Shown here: piece after piece, positions 1 through 17,037 of the stretch
Layout: every line of letters begins with the position of its first letter
Numbering within the stretch: position 1 is the first letter of the stretch
Position numbers and translations under genes: made by a program
NCBI RefSeq assembly: GCF_009914755.1
Contig: NC_060929.1
Length of the DNA stretch: 64,000 bases
Source of the DNA: the human T2T-CHM13v2.0 reference genome, Homo sapiens
Direction: 5' to 3' (one strand)
Notes under the pieces: generated by a model
What the model was told of the DNA's origin: nothing
Seen by the model: the letters and a program-made list of their open reading frames with translations, nothing else
Database searches by the model: none

Positions 1-789
1 ACCCCTTTTTGTGTATTTTGGGTCCTTCCAGGGGGCCTGGGAAGGTCCCCACACTCCCCTCAGCAGGTTACTCACCTCCCACCCCACATTCCCTAAGAGA
101 AGGCCATGACTGACCTTCCCCCTACTCCCTAGGCTTTCCTGGAGGTACCCTGTGACCTGGCCTGGCTCTTCCTTCCAGACTTTTCTTCCAGTCTCATGCT
201 GTCCTTCCAGACCCTGAGGCAGTCCTTGCCCTTTGCATGTGAAGTTCTTAAGTAAAGAGACAAGATGCTACTAGTGTGCAAACACGCGACAGCCCTGCCC
301 CTGGCATCAGCCACTCCTGGCATCAGCCTGCCGTCGTCTTGCCAACCCTCCACCTCTCTCAGGCCTCCTGCTGCCCCTCAATGGCATGCCAGCCTCTGTC
401 CTTCTCATCTCAACCCCAAAGAGTTAGAGTTGCTGTCCTTCCTTCACCTGACGCCCAGGGAGCCTTTGCACCTGGACCATGATCTAGAGGGCTGTTCCTC
501 CATCACTCGCTGTGTGCCGTCAGGCCAATCAAGCGCTTCTTGAAGCCTTAGTGTCCTCCACTGTGTAGTGTGTGGTTGGGAAGGTTAAATGCAAGGTCTT
601 ATTTATTTGGCCCGATCACTGCCAAGTCAGGGCCCAAGCTACTTCCTGCTTCCTCTACAGAACCTCCTGGGAGTAGTCCAGCATGCACGGATTTCACCTT
701 TCTGGGAATCCTGTGTCGCCTGTTGTGAAAGTTTCATTTGGAACGATGTCTTCATTCCTCCATATACATGATCATGGATGAATGAATAG

Positions 790-1278
<489 letters not shown>

Positions 1279-2069
1279 TGAATCTTTTCTCATTGGCTGT
1301 ATTTTCATTAAGGAAAAGCAAAATTTAAACTATTTGGATACTTTTTAAAATATATTTTAGCTAATTTACTCCTCCATTCTATCTTTTTGGGGAACCTGGG
1401 ATATGCCTAGCACTAGTGCTGTCCTAGGTACAAAAGTCATGATGCCTGCAGTTTATAAGACCTTTGAATGTTTGTCATGGACCCAATTCCCGGGTCTGAC
1501 TTGCCAGTCTAGACATCTGTGTATTCCATTCCACTGGTAAGTTTCTCCTTTGTGGACCTGCCTTAGTTCCATCATTTCAGTCTTCCCAGGGAGGGTTCTC
1601 AGGGCCCGTTCTTTGGTCATTTCCAGTGTGCTGTGGGGTGTGTAGAGAGCATTGAGCTTCCAGAGTGAACAGTTTTGTGGCCTGCAGCAGGCCCTGGAGT
1701 AGGGCTATATGCTCTGTATCCCTGGAAGTCTTTGTTAGGCTGGCTTTGTAAGCAATAGGCTCAGGGACTTTGCTTCAGGAGGTAAAAAGCAAGACCAAAA
1801 ACGCCCCCAAAGTTTTCCTCTTAGAGAGGAGGAGATGGCCACAAGCCTTCTGCTATGTTCATTCAGCAGATATTAGGGAGCCTCAACTCTGCCAGGGCCT
1901 GTGTTTGGTCATAGGAAGACAATGGTGAACTCTGCAGGTGTGACTCTGTTGGAATGGGAGAGACAGACAGTCAACATATCAACACACAAATACAGTGACA
2001 GAAAGTAATTGGGGGAGGGTGGCACTCAGTCAGGCCTGCCCAGGAAGGCCTCTAAAAAACAGCATTTCA

Positions 2070-2376
<307 letters not shown>

Positions 2377-4156
2377 CAGCATTTCAACTGAGAGCCAGCC
2401 ATGCAAAAAGTGGACAGGTGTGTAGACAGGGACAGGTAACTGTCCCAGGCAGCGAGACCTGCGGGAGCAAAAGGCTCTGAGGTGGGAATGAGGTTACTGC
2501 ATTCTGAGTATTGAGAAAGGTGAAGCTGGAGGAGCAGGTCAGGGGCAAGGAGTTCTATTCCATCCTGTTTTGGTGGTAAGACTTTGAAGGGGTTGGAGCA
2601 ACCGAGTGACAAGACTGGATTAATGTGTTGTTGTTTTTATTATGGGGGTGGGTAAGGGAGTGAACAGGAAGGAGTGTAGGTAGAAAAACTGAGAAAATAA
2701 ACAGCTGGAGAAGTGAGGAAAGGGTGCTGCAAAGTGGGGAGAGAAGGAGAGAGGCAGAGAGGGAAGGAACAAGAGAGAGAAAGAGAGAGAGACGGGGAGC
2801 CAGAGAGACGGAGAGAGATGTCAGTGATTCTCTTGGGGGGGCTGTGATGAGAACAAGCTATTGTGATTTAGGGGCTTCTGGAAAGCCCCAGGTGAAGGTT
2901 CAGTCCATGGCCTGTGAACACACAGAGCATGGGGATCGGTTCTCCCATCTAGGTAGGACATGGAGAGTGAGCAGCAAGGGAAGGATCTTGGTTCATTGTC
3001 TGGTGCTCTACCCAATTCATGGCAGAATCCTGCCGCATGATTTCTGCCGACTAGATTCATTACGTCGCTGAAGAGCGTGTTTATTGTAAGGCTTCATTCT
3101 GGAGAGAAAGTAGCAGGAAGCAAAGGAATGCACACTTCTTGAGTCCTGTTCAGTTCCAGGGAACATGCCGATGCGGCCGGAGGCCCATGGAGGCAAGGTG
3201 TCTGGCCCAAGCTCTCACGGCTGTGAACCTGGGTCCCTGGGGTTCCAAAGGCTTTGCCCGCTCCCCTGGCCTCCAGGCTCTTATGTGTTGGTGTCCATAG
3301 GAAAAAAGGTGTCATACATCGGTGTCAGGCAAGAGTCTTCCAAGTCAGCTGAGCTGGGAGAATTCCCCGGCCCACACCCTGCTCTGATCTGGGAATCGAA
3401 TGTGATAATGGAGTCAACCTTGTCTCTCAAATCACTGAAACCTGTAGACAATCCACAAGGATCCTTTCTACCTTAGTGTCACCTTCTTCCCCCAGGACTT
3501 TCGAGTAGAGCTATCCAAGGGCTGCAGAATGCACATGCCAGAGAGAGCTGGCTTCTTCATGATGATGATTATACTAATTAAAATGAAACAGGAGTAGGAG
3601 ACAGAGGCCTTGTTTGCTACCCAGTGGGTTATGCATTCCCAGGGGAAGGGAATTGGCTCTTGTCGCGCTTCTCCAGTTACCAGCTGGGAATAAGGGAAGC
3701 CCATGGAGACGGTTCCTGGTGGAGGAGATGGAGCAGTGGGCCAAGGCTCAGGTGGCTCATATCCAATAATCCTGGCCCTACCTAGGGCCCTGGGAGCCCT
3801 GTCAGTTGTGGGAAGTCTCTGAGTGTCATCTGTAAAACAGGGAAATAATCATGATGGTCATGATGCCACTGTTGTGACGGTTATTTGAGTATCAAATAAG
3901 GTCAAGAATCCAAAAGCACCTTGAGGACCTTAAATGTTTCTTCAATCACAAGTTTCTCTTTGTTGGGACAAGCAAAATTTGGAAAGTAGAGGGCCTAGCT
4001 GTGAACCCTGCTGGGAATTCCAATGAGATCTTTCTTTCTTTGTTCTTTTGTGAGTTCATTTATTCATTCAGTGAACATTCATTTGGTGCCCACTCATAAG
4101 ATGCTGAGGTTACAACTGTTAATAAGATATTAAGATACTGTCTTTTTCTTCCTCTT

Positions 4157-4164
<8 letters not shown>

Positions 4165-4196
<32 letters not shown>
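4165..4196. repeat. (AC)16 microsatellite
   Basis: Direct read. Confidence 0.97.
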
Positions 4197-4198
<2 letters not shown>

Positions 4199-4308
4199 TT
4201 TGGGCCAACTGGAAATTCATACATTCTCCCCAGCACTGGAGCTCAAAGCGTCTGCCAACCTGTGGGTTTCTTTTCCGTGTGGTTCACCATCTGGAGTGGC
4301 AACCTGCC

Positions 4309-4311
<3 letters not shown>

Positions 4312-4351
<40 letters not shown>

Positions 4352-4376
4352 CGCACGCATGCACGTGCGTGCATGC
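4312..4376. repeat. (TG)16 + (CG)n + mixed alternating purine-pyrimidine tract
   Basis: Direct read; uninterrupted R/Y alternation for 65 bp. Confidence 0.97.
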
Positions 4377-5554
4377 CAGGGTATTGTGTTCCCTTTCTGT
4401 GCTTGAGAGGCTGAATGAACAAGAGAAGAGCAAAGGCAAAGAGGACAATGCCCAGAAGTCATCCTCGCAGTATGAATGAATAATTCATATTGTATCTGCC
4501 TCTTTCTAGGGCTTCCCAAAATAGCTGTTTTAATTGCTTATTTGTTTCACTGCTGACTTTATTCCAGCCGCCTTCAGCTCAGAACACTTCGGTGTTTCAT
4601 GTTGACTTGCAGGTAGGGCTTCCCTTCAGGGAATAACATTCTATTTATTTTCTTCTTTAAAAAGAAATGATGGGAGAAAAACCCATAAAGCAAGTCATAC
4701 TTTTCAGAGGCGAAAACTGTTTCTTTTCCACTGTTGTGCAGAGCTCCTTTGTAATCAGTTACTGTAGGCCTCTGTGGTCCTAAAAACCAAAGAAATAGCA
4801 GTCGAGTTGCAGACAAGGCGAGCTTCTGGCTAGAGCAGCCTGCTCACTGTGATGTGTTCACTTGGGAATCTGAGTGTGCAAACACTTGGGAATCCACAGA
4901 CTTGGGACCCTTGCATGTGGTGGGCCATGCTGGCTTGTGGTTTTCCAGACATGTCAGCTGCAGCATCCGGAACAGGTCTCAGGAAGGCCCTGTCTATCTG
5001 GGTGGGTGACCTGGGGAAACAGTGTCATGTCTCCCTGGGGCCCTGATAGGACACCTTTGGTAGGCAATGCACAGCTTAGTTTAGAAAAGGCTTCATACAG
5101 TGGTCCTGGAGGGATGACTTATTGTATACAATAAGGAGATGTCAGGAGGTGTGTTCAGAGAATGAATGAGGATGGGCAAGGAGAGCTCGGTGAGTGTCAG
5201 GGAACCTGAGTGTCCAGAAGGATCCACTCCTCTGGCTGCGTGACCCCAAACACATCCTTGGGACACAGTCATGGAAACTCAGTGCTGAAAGGTCCTGTAG
5301 CCATCACTTTGTCATCTCATGGTAGGGATGGGAAAACAGCAGCCCAGGGGCTGGGAAGGTGCCCACAGCCACTCAGTAGTATAGCTGAGGATTGATACCA
5401 GTTGGATTTGCCTCTCAACTAGCTGAGTGTCCTTGGATGAACCAGTTAACCTCTCTGTGCCTCAGTTTCTACATCTATAAAATGGAGCTAATAATACTGT
5501 GTATAAGATTGTTTTAAATAAGCTAATATGTTGCATTGAATTGACGATTTTCTT

Positions 5555-6385
<831 letters not shown>

Positions 6386-7135
6386 ATTGATTTTAAGAAG
6401 CACCATTATTGTATGTGCCATAAGAAAGGGAAATTGTGCCAATTAAACTATGTCCCAATGTTTTTATGTAATTAGAATGCTTATTTTATATTTGTTGAAA
6501 TACATTTTTCAAGCTTAGTTTTTTTTGTTTTTTCTTTTTTAACTCACATATCACTTGTATGTGTAAAAAACCCACAAAGGAATATATGAGAAAAATAAAA
6601 CTCTGGTATTCCTACAGTGTCTTCCCATTCAGAATCCAGTTCTTCGGAGTAGCTTTTTAGCTGAGTTATTAATGTCTGTGCTTTTAATATTGTCCTTTGT
6701 GCCCTTAAGAGTGTTAGTCATACAGCCTTGTTATAAAGACCCACAAAAAGGGACTCAAAGCTTGGCAATTCTGTAGAGGTAGCCAGCTTAAGAGTCCTGC
6801 TTTGGGAATGTTGCTAAACAGGTCTGTTGCATACCTTCTCCACACCTTTCCACAACCATTTGGTTCCTAGGGGTTAAAAGTGCTTACAACTTTATTGAGG
6901 AATTTTTGAATTCCTCAATGTCTTGTCTGTGGGATTTTTATCCCAAGCCTGTAGCACCCGTTCCACCAGTGGCAGTGCTGATGCCTTTGATATATGTGCA
7001 CACACAGGCAGTGACAGCTCCATCAGGACTGCAGCCTAGGTGATATCAGTTGTAAGATGTCAGTAGTAGTAGCATACATCAGAGTTTCAGAAAATGCTGA
7101 ATGTGTTTAAAAATGTGCATCTTTTGGTGAAACAG
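6386..7135 (-). mobile_element. Old TcMar-Tigger DNA transposon remnant (Tigger13a-like)
   Basis: aagaagcaccattattgtatgtgccataagaaa...ccaattaaactatg and terminal ...aaaatgtgcatctt resemble the recalled Tigger13a consensus; family assignment tentative. Confidence 0.5.
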
Positions 7136-8642
7136 GGTCTATGTAAGGGACATTGGATAGTGCCTGGCATTTTGCAAATACTCAATGAAATTTTGCTTTT
7201 ATTATTATTATTGCTATTACTATTAAGCCTCAGTTTCCTGTTGGTGAAATTGGGGTGATTGTACCTGCCTCACAGAAATATTGTTAGAATAAAGGAAGCG
7301 ATCTATTTTACATGGAGCATATGGTCCTGTGCCTAGTGCTTCACTGGCCTTAAGTGGAAGCTGCCCTGACCTTTGGGACAGGTTGGCCAGGTATTAGACT
7401 AAAGCTGCAGAGGGTGCCGTAGGGGTGTTAAATTCTAGCTTCCTCTGTTTTGCAGGTGGGAAAGACCAAGAGAAAGGGTTAAGGTCCAGCAACAGGAGTG
7501 CCTTGCCCAAGGGCATCGTCAGGCTTCAAACCCAGATCTCATCATTCTTCTTCCAGTGCTCTGTCTAAACCATGCAGTCTTGGGAGGGGCCCCAAGTCAG
7601 ACAGGATCTCAGAAAAGTCTTCACGGTCAATTCCATTTCTAGAAGGACCAGCTCCTCAAGCTGTGTGGTAAGGGTCAGAGCTCAAGGAGCAGAAGATTCT
7701 GGAATGGCCAAATTCCAGGACAGGGTGAGCTGCTGCCTCTGCAGTTACTGCTGATGAGGCTTCTAGACAGCCCAGCACCTGGGAAGAGCCCTTGGGAACC
7801 CAGCTCATGAGGCTGGAAGGAATAAGGCTGGGAGTTGAGTGTCCCCAGAGTCCTAAATACAGAAAGGAGTAGGGCTGCAGGCCTGCCTGGGGTTGTGTGC
7901 CAGGTGCTGTGTTGAGTCTTCTCCGTGCATGAATGAATGCAAGAACCTGGGAAGCAGGTTTTCTTGTCTGCTCTATACCTGCAGGAAAACTGAGGCTCAG
8001 ACCTGGGGGAAGGAATGGACTGAGATTACACAGCTAGGAAGGATGGAACTGGGAGTCCTCTCTGGTTCTGTTGGCTTTTTCTTTAGGGCACAGAGCTTCC
8101 ATAGCCTAACTCATAATTCAGGAATGAGGATGAAGCTGGGGTTGAGCAGGGTGAGGAGCAAAAAGATATTCCAGGGTCTTCATTCTACTGTGGTGTGGGG
8201 CTTTTAGGAAATTACCTTCCAAGTAGGTAATGAGAAAAATGAAGAGCCCACCTCCCAACCTCGTCTCTCCATGAATGGGAGCTTCATAGTTCTCCATCTT
8301 GGTTCCTACCCAATGATCAGTCTCATTCGGTATAATAGGGTTAGTTAGCCTGGGAAAATGCTATCAATACCTATTTCTTGGAGGCTGTTCAGATGCTTAT
8401 TGAATTTCAAATGGAGCCAAGCCCAGCACCAAGCTGATTTGATCTCCTGGCATTATGTGATGCAGGGCTGGAGTTGGTCCCCAGGTCCCCTGGGTCCTTG
8501 GGTGGCTCCAGGCAAGTCTTTTATCTCTGTCCCTCAGTTTCCTCATTGGTAAAGAAAGGGAGTTGTTTTGTTGGGTTTCTTTTAATTTTAACATTCTCTA
8601 CGTTGGGGGCCTCATTTGGGCAGCAGTGTGAAAAATAAATCA

Positions 8643-9295
<653 letters not shown>

Positions 9296-10083
9296 AACCA
9301 AGAGGCAGGAGTGACACATTAGAAAGCAATGGGGACAAAGTGCATCCAGACAGTGCCTGTCCCCAAAGGTGTGCTAAGTCCGTTTTTAAAATATAGCACT
9401 GTAGTAGATCAACAAACATATCTTCAGGCTGAATTTGGCCCTCAGGTTGTCCGTTGGCTTTACCTACTCTAATCCATGATTTGGTTCTCAGAACTGAAAT
9501 CTTAAACCCAACAGGCAGCACACAGAGGGGATTAGCAGCCTGGATTCACCCCATGTCAGTGAGTGGGAACAGATAAGCATAGAGACTCAAGATGGAGGTG
9601 AAGGAAGGGGATGGACCCAAAGGGCACAGGTGTGTGATCTCACCAACCCAGCAGGGCAGAGGGAAGACAGAATCCAAGATTTGGCAGTGGGGAGGTGAGC
9701 CACTGGTTTGTGGGGGCCTAGTCTGAAGGTAGGGAGGGTTTGGGGTGGAGGAACCGTCTGGAATCTCCCCTCCAGCCCTCCCTCCTCTTCTTTTTTCTAT
9801 AAAAGAATTTTAGGATGGGAATAACTAGGCCAAGAAAACTTCTGGGTAAGCCAGCCCAAACAGAGTAGGGAAACAAGGAGATCTAAGGGTGGAAAAGCCA
9901 GAATTTTGAGACAGGTGTTCGGAGGGTAGAGAACAAGAGGAAGGGAAGTGTTTACGAGAAGAAGAACTTGGGAATTCCAGGTATAAATGCCTCCTCCTTC
10001 AGAGAGCAGATTTTGAGAACCAAATCCAATTCAGCTACTGTCTCCTACCTTCTCCCATTTAACTTTCTAAAAAGAGAGAGGAA

Positions 10084-10390
10084 GCCAGGTGTGGTGGCTC
10101 ACACCTGTAATCCCAGAACTTTGGGAGGCCGAGGCAGGAGGATCACTTGAGGTCAGGAGTTTGAGACCAGACTGACAAACATGGGGAAATCCCGCCTCTA
10201 CTAAAAGTACAAAAATTAGCCCGGCATGGTGGCGGGCACCTGTAGTCCCAGCTACTCAGGAGGCTGAGGCAGGAAAATCACTTGAACCCTGGGAGGTAGA
10301 GATTGCAGTGAGCTTAGATCACGCCACTGTACTCCAGCCTGGGTGACAGAGCGAGACTCTGTCTCAAAAAAAAAAAAAAAAAAAAAAAAA
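10084..10390 (+). mobile_element. AluS
   Basis: Dimer with long A tail. Confidence 0.95.
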
Positions 10391-13300
10391 GATGGTTTAA
10401 GCAGTCCCAGCTCCTCCAGGAAGGGAGGTGATAGAATACAGTGCAAGGTTTATTAGCTGTGCAAGCCAGGACAATTATTTTGCTTCAGTTTCCCCATCAT
10501 GAAAATCGGGGTATAAAACCTAACTCATCCTAACAGCCAATGTAGATTGAACCCTGAATGCCATGTGGTCAGCACAGCCCATTTTAACGCAGCGGTGACT
10601 TTGAGCACCCCCATCTTATGGATGAGGAAACAAAGCCACACAGGTTAGAGTTCATGCCCAAGGGGACAGAGCTAATGAGTGACAGTGCCTGCATTGGGAC
10701 CCAGATGGCTGACTCCAGACTTGTGAGTTTTAACCACCACCGTGTATCTCTTAGGGTGAAGACTGATAATGGTGGGTGTGGTGATGGTGGTGATGATAGC
10801 TCACGTGTTAAGGATTTGAGATAAAGGGTGATGTGATTCTTCACAATGCGCAGAACTCTCTGATTATGTTTGCAACCCACATTTATCAAGGGCTTGTCTT
10901 GTGCCAGTCCCGGCACTAGATACTGTATAGGTTATCTCATTTAATCCCCACAACACCCTTATGAGAGTGGGCCTTCCTGTGTAAGTTTCACAGAGAAGAA
11001 AACTCCTCTCAAGCAGGTTACATAACCCACCTACAGTTCTGGAAGAGGTGGAGCCTGGGTTTCAGCCTCGCATCCCATTCCTGAGCCTTTGTGGGTAACA
11101 TCTACCCTGCCTCCTCCTTAACCATGGAGCTGACCACAGCTCTTTCCTCCTCCCCTCCCCAGCCCTCCCTGACTACACCCCATTGCTGCATTCTCTCCCT
11201 GCCCATGGCCCGTTGGCCTTTCGCGTCTATACTGCTGACGTAGCACCTTATTAAATATCCCTGCATCCTCTAATTACCTGTGGCTCAGGCCGCGGGTAGC
11301 GTTACAGCCACATACACTCCCATGGAATGTTGTGGGGATGACTCCCTGCCTGTTTGGAGTGTGAGTCTTGTTCCCCGGCCAGACCCTCTGCCCCTGGAAG
11401 CAGAAACATGGCTTCTTCAAGCGTCTGAGCCCTCGTAGTGCCTAGCATGGGCCTGGAGTGCCATACTCACTTGATAAATGCTTGTTGCTTGGTGGATTGA
11501 TTGAAATGAGGGTGGAAGGATGAGAGTGGAGGGTGAGGCAGAGAGTGTCTCTGGGTCACCCTCCAGCTCAACACAAGGGCAGTGGTCAGAGGAATAATCC
11601 AAAGTGCATACCCAGGCCCCAGAGCCGCCAAAGCTGACCTCCGCCTCCACTTCACCTGAATAGCATGGATCTCTCTGAAATGGCCCTCTTGATTTGCTTC
11701 TGGCTGGGGTGCATCTCGCCCTCTAGACTGTAAGGGCAGGGCCCTATCTGTCTCTTTCCTCTGTAGCTGGTGTTAACGAAGGCTCTGCTGTGTGTCATGT
11801 GCTCAGCTCTCCTAACAAACTTGAGAGATGGTTATTTTTATCATGCCCAGATTTGTTAGACAATGAGTAAAAGAGTCTGAACCAAACTGAATTAAAGGAA
11901 GAAGGACTTCAAACGTTGCCTTTCTTCCTGTTCATTCTGGCCTCCCCGGAGCTAAAGGTGAAGGGACTGCTTAGAAATGGTGTTCTGCAGCAGCCCCAGG
12001 TGAAGGAGCATTATCAGGAATTGTGCAACCTTAGCTATGGGAACTATGCGTGTGAAACAGCCCAGGGCGGGAAGAACCAGCCTGGCCATTGTGCCTGGGC
12101 TGGGGAGGAGAGGTTCGGCTGAAAGTTTGGACAGTTCTTGGCTTGGAGTCTGGAGGGCCCTTTAGAAAGTGATCCCGCCCAGCCAGCCCTCAGAGAGAGC
12201 AGGCCAGCATCCTGCTGGACGGTAATAAAGAGGTTACTGTGGGAAGCTGGGACTTGCTTGGGAAACACTAGGAACATGAAAGATAGGGTATGCATTCTTC
12301 AGTCCCGAGAGAATCACCACCCAGTATTAAACTTGGCAGAAGGCTTTCCTCTCCTCCTCTGAGCTGCCTCCTTAGAAAAGGCACATTGTCAGAATGCCGA
12401 ATGCCCACCGTGGTCTCATGTCCTCACAGCCCGTAGGAAAGTAACTACCAGTTACCCACTGGTGGTTGCCCCTGAGAGGAGGGTAAGGGAGGCTTCCAGC
12501 CCCCGGGGTGGCTCTCCCCAACAGGTGTGCCTGTGTGCTGTTTGTAGGGTGCTCCTGGCAGAACCTACCTGTCTCCACAGCGACACATCTGGCCGTTTTT
12601 CCAGGAGGGCCTGTTGAGAAACATTCAGGAATGTTTGTGCTCCTTTAGAGATTTGTAATTAAGAAGAGGCAGAACTCATTCTTGTCTGGCACCCTCCCTT
12701 CTTGCCCCTCCAGCATCTGGGTCATTTGATTTCACAATTGGGGTTTTCGGCAGCCCGAGTTGTGGAGGCTGGAAGCAGGGACCGACTGAACCAGGCTGGA
12801 TGGTGGTGAATTGCTTCACCCGAGGGTGGGGGCTGGGAGTTCCAGGCAGGCCCCCAAGTCCTGGCCACATCTGAAAGTGGACATTTCTTCCCAGGTTGCA
12901 TCCTTAGCACTTGCCCAAGGTGAAACATTTCAGGCCAGTGGAGCACCCACAGTTCCCGGGGGACGGGGGGTGGCTGGTTTAAATGGACAATTCCTCTCCT
13001 TAACTGCCAGGAAGAGTGAGTGTGTGCATGTATGTATGTGTGAGTGTGTCTGTTTAAATCTTTGTGCAGCCAAAAACACATCTCTTCATCCTGAATGACA
13101 CATCTCTACACACTGAATAATTCATCTCCCTCTTGGCATTTGTTCCGGAGAGAATCTTGCTGTCCAGATTTCTTGTAAGTTGCATAGCCTTCCATAGGCA
13201 CTTCCTTGTTTCCCATGGAAGAGCTCTGGGAGTCAGGATATCAGTCAGTCAGCCCTCTGGCATTTCCCCTGTGATCGCATCAAAGGGGAATGAGAATATC

Positions 13301-13459
13301 AAACCCAAAGTGTTTCTCTCTCCTTTGCCCTCTCCTTCTAGCTTTGGGTCCTCTTGCCTCCCTCTGCTTTATTTCTCTTGGGCACAGTGTCTGTGTTCAC
13401 TGCAAGTGGAATCAGCATTGTGTCCTGGTAGGGTATCCACATGTCTGTCACATTACTGA

Positions 13460-13932
<473 letters not shown>

Positions 13933-14104
13933 ACTTTGAAACACTTAATTGCCTCTTTATTAAGCAGCCATGGATTTCCCAGGTCTATTGAATATCCTTG
14001 CACCAACACATAGATAACTGAAGGTCCCAAATATGCTAAAGCCCCCATGCCTTTTGCCTGCTTCAGATGTCCCTCTTGTCTCATTTCACCTTCTGTATCT
14101 CTAG

Positions 14105-14453
<349 letters not shown>

Positions 14454-14904
14454 CAGTCTTGTTAATTTTTATTAGCAGAGCTCGAGTTTTGGAATCTGGC
14501 AGTGGAACTTCAGGTTATACCTGTGGTGTTTACTAACTGTGTGATGCCGAGCATGTTTTCTTATTTGCAAAACAGAGTAAGAGCACCTGCTACCTGGAAA
14601 GGGAATGTCACATACACAGCTTGCTTTCTAGGCCTAGAGTTAGCCCTTATTCAACATTTTAGTTATGATTAATATATGAACACAACAAATAAATTAATAA
14701 AAAAAAAGAAAGAGAAGAAATAAAATTACACTGAAATCCCTATATTCAGATAGCGTTTCAATCTGTGTCTTTCCAGTTTCTTTACTAACACACACACACA
14801 CACTCTCTTCAGGCAAAATGTCATACTGTAACAGTATCCTGTAGCTTTTATCTTTGAACAGTGTTGTTTTTCTCAGAGTATATTGAGAGCATCTTTCATG
14901 TTAG

Positions 14905-15192
<288 letters not shown>

Positions 15193-16214
15193 TAGCTTGG
15201 ATGCACCACTGATTAAAATCACTTAATTAATCTCCAAGGAGGAATTTTGAAAAGTGATGATCTATACGCAGAAACAGGGGAGCTGTTGGGAAGGGGACGT
15301 ATCTTCTTGGTTTTCTGGGTTGCAAACTGTCTATATAAGATTCATACCTCTTCTGGTAGGTGGGACTTCTCTGGGCACAGTGCAGGTGGAGGAATGAGCC
15401 AGAATGATCTCTCTGGTGGCCTGACCATGCCTGTTTCCCCACAGATTGACCTGTCATCAGCCATGGAGTCACTCCCCATGGAAGGCATACCTGCGTGTGG
15501 AGCTTTCCTTCAGAGCCCCTTTCAAGGCTTTGTTAGATGAGGTGATGTTAGATGAGGCTTTGCTCTTGGTTGCTGGTCTTCATTCTCCATAAGGAAGAGG
15601 GAACAAACCACTTAAAAAACTTTAAGCAAGACACTGAGAGAAGTGGCCTTTTGTTTCTGACATCTGGCAGGGCATGGAGGGTGGTGGCGGGTGGCCTGGA
15701 GACGGCTTTGGGGAAACTTCATCCAGGTCGTTTGGAGCAGATGCTCCTGAACCAAGTGCATCCTGAGCTGAGGGAAGTCCCCATCACCTGTGTCTACCCC
15801 ATTTTCCCTCCTTCTACTCCAAAATGGTAGTTTGTGTTTTCCCGTGGGGCTTAGGAGATGCAATGAAGGTGTCAGCTTTCAAGATAATCTGGTAGCTCCC
15901 TGCAGGGGCCCTAGAGACCAGCCATCTTGCTTGAAATCCCAGCTTTGTCTTTGACATTGAGAATGTTATTTAGTCTTTCTTAGCCTCAGTTTCTCCTTCT
16001 GGTAAATGGAGGTAAGGATAACTAATGATTTTTGAGTGCCCATTCACACTAGCACCTGTGCTAAAAGTACTCACAAACATGGCCTTATTTAACCCACCCA
16101 ACAAATGGAGAGTTAGTACTGTCCTCATTATACAGATAAGAATACTGAAGCTCAGAGAAGGAAAGTAAGTTGCCTAACTCACACAGCCAGTAAGTGATGC
16201 TTACTGAACCCTTA

Positions 16215-16558
<344 letters not shown>

Positions 16559-16730
16559 TAGTGGTACGTGAACACACCAGGTCCTATCCAGCTGGGGCTC
16601 TTTCAGCATCCCTTTCTTCATGTATTTTTCTGTAAGTTGGATTTGGAGTGAGTTTTAGAGGGCAGGAGAGTGTAAGCCTCTTTTTTTGGTTTTTCCTATG
16701 TATTCATTACATTATTCACTCATTGTGCAA

Positions 16731-17037
16731 TTTTTTTTTTTTTTTTTTTTTTTTGAGACAGAGTTTCACATTGTCACCCAGGCTGGAGTGCAGTAGTGTG
16801 ATCTCGGCTCAATGCACCCTCCACTTCCCAGGTTCAAGCAATTCTCCTGCCTCAGCCTCCTGAGTAGCTGGGATTACAGGCACCAGCCACCATGCCCAGC
16901 TAATTTTTGCATTTTTAGTAGAGACAGAGTTTCACCACATTGAGCAGGCTGGTCTCAAACTCCTGACCTCAAGTGATCCACCCACCTCAGCCTCCCAAAG
17001 TGCTGGGATTATAGGCATGAATCACTGCGCTGGGCCC
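16731..17037 (-). mobile_element. AluS
   Basis: Dimer inserted into the second copy of a local duplication. Confidence 0.95.

Noticed and set aside
12621-12634. ACATTCAGGAATGT and other isolated TEAD (GGAATG) or AP-1 (TGAGTCA) motifs
   Set aside because: Single 6-7-mers are expected by chance many times in 64 kb; only the clustered set at ~51.2-51.5 kb was kept.
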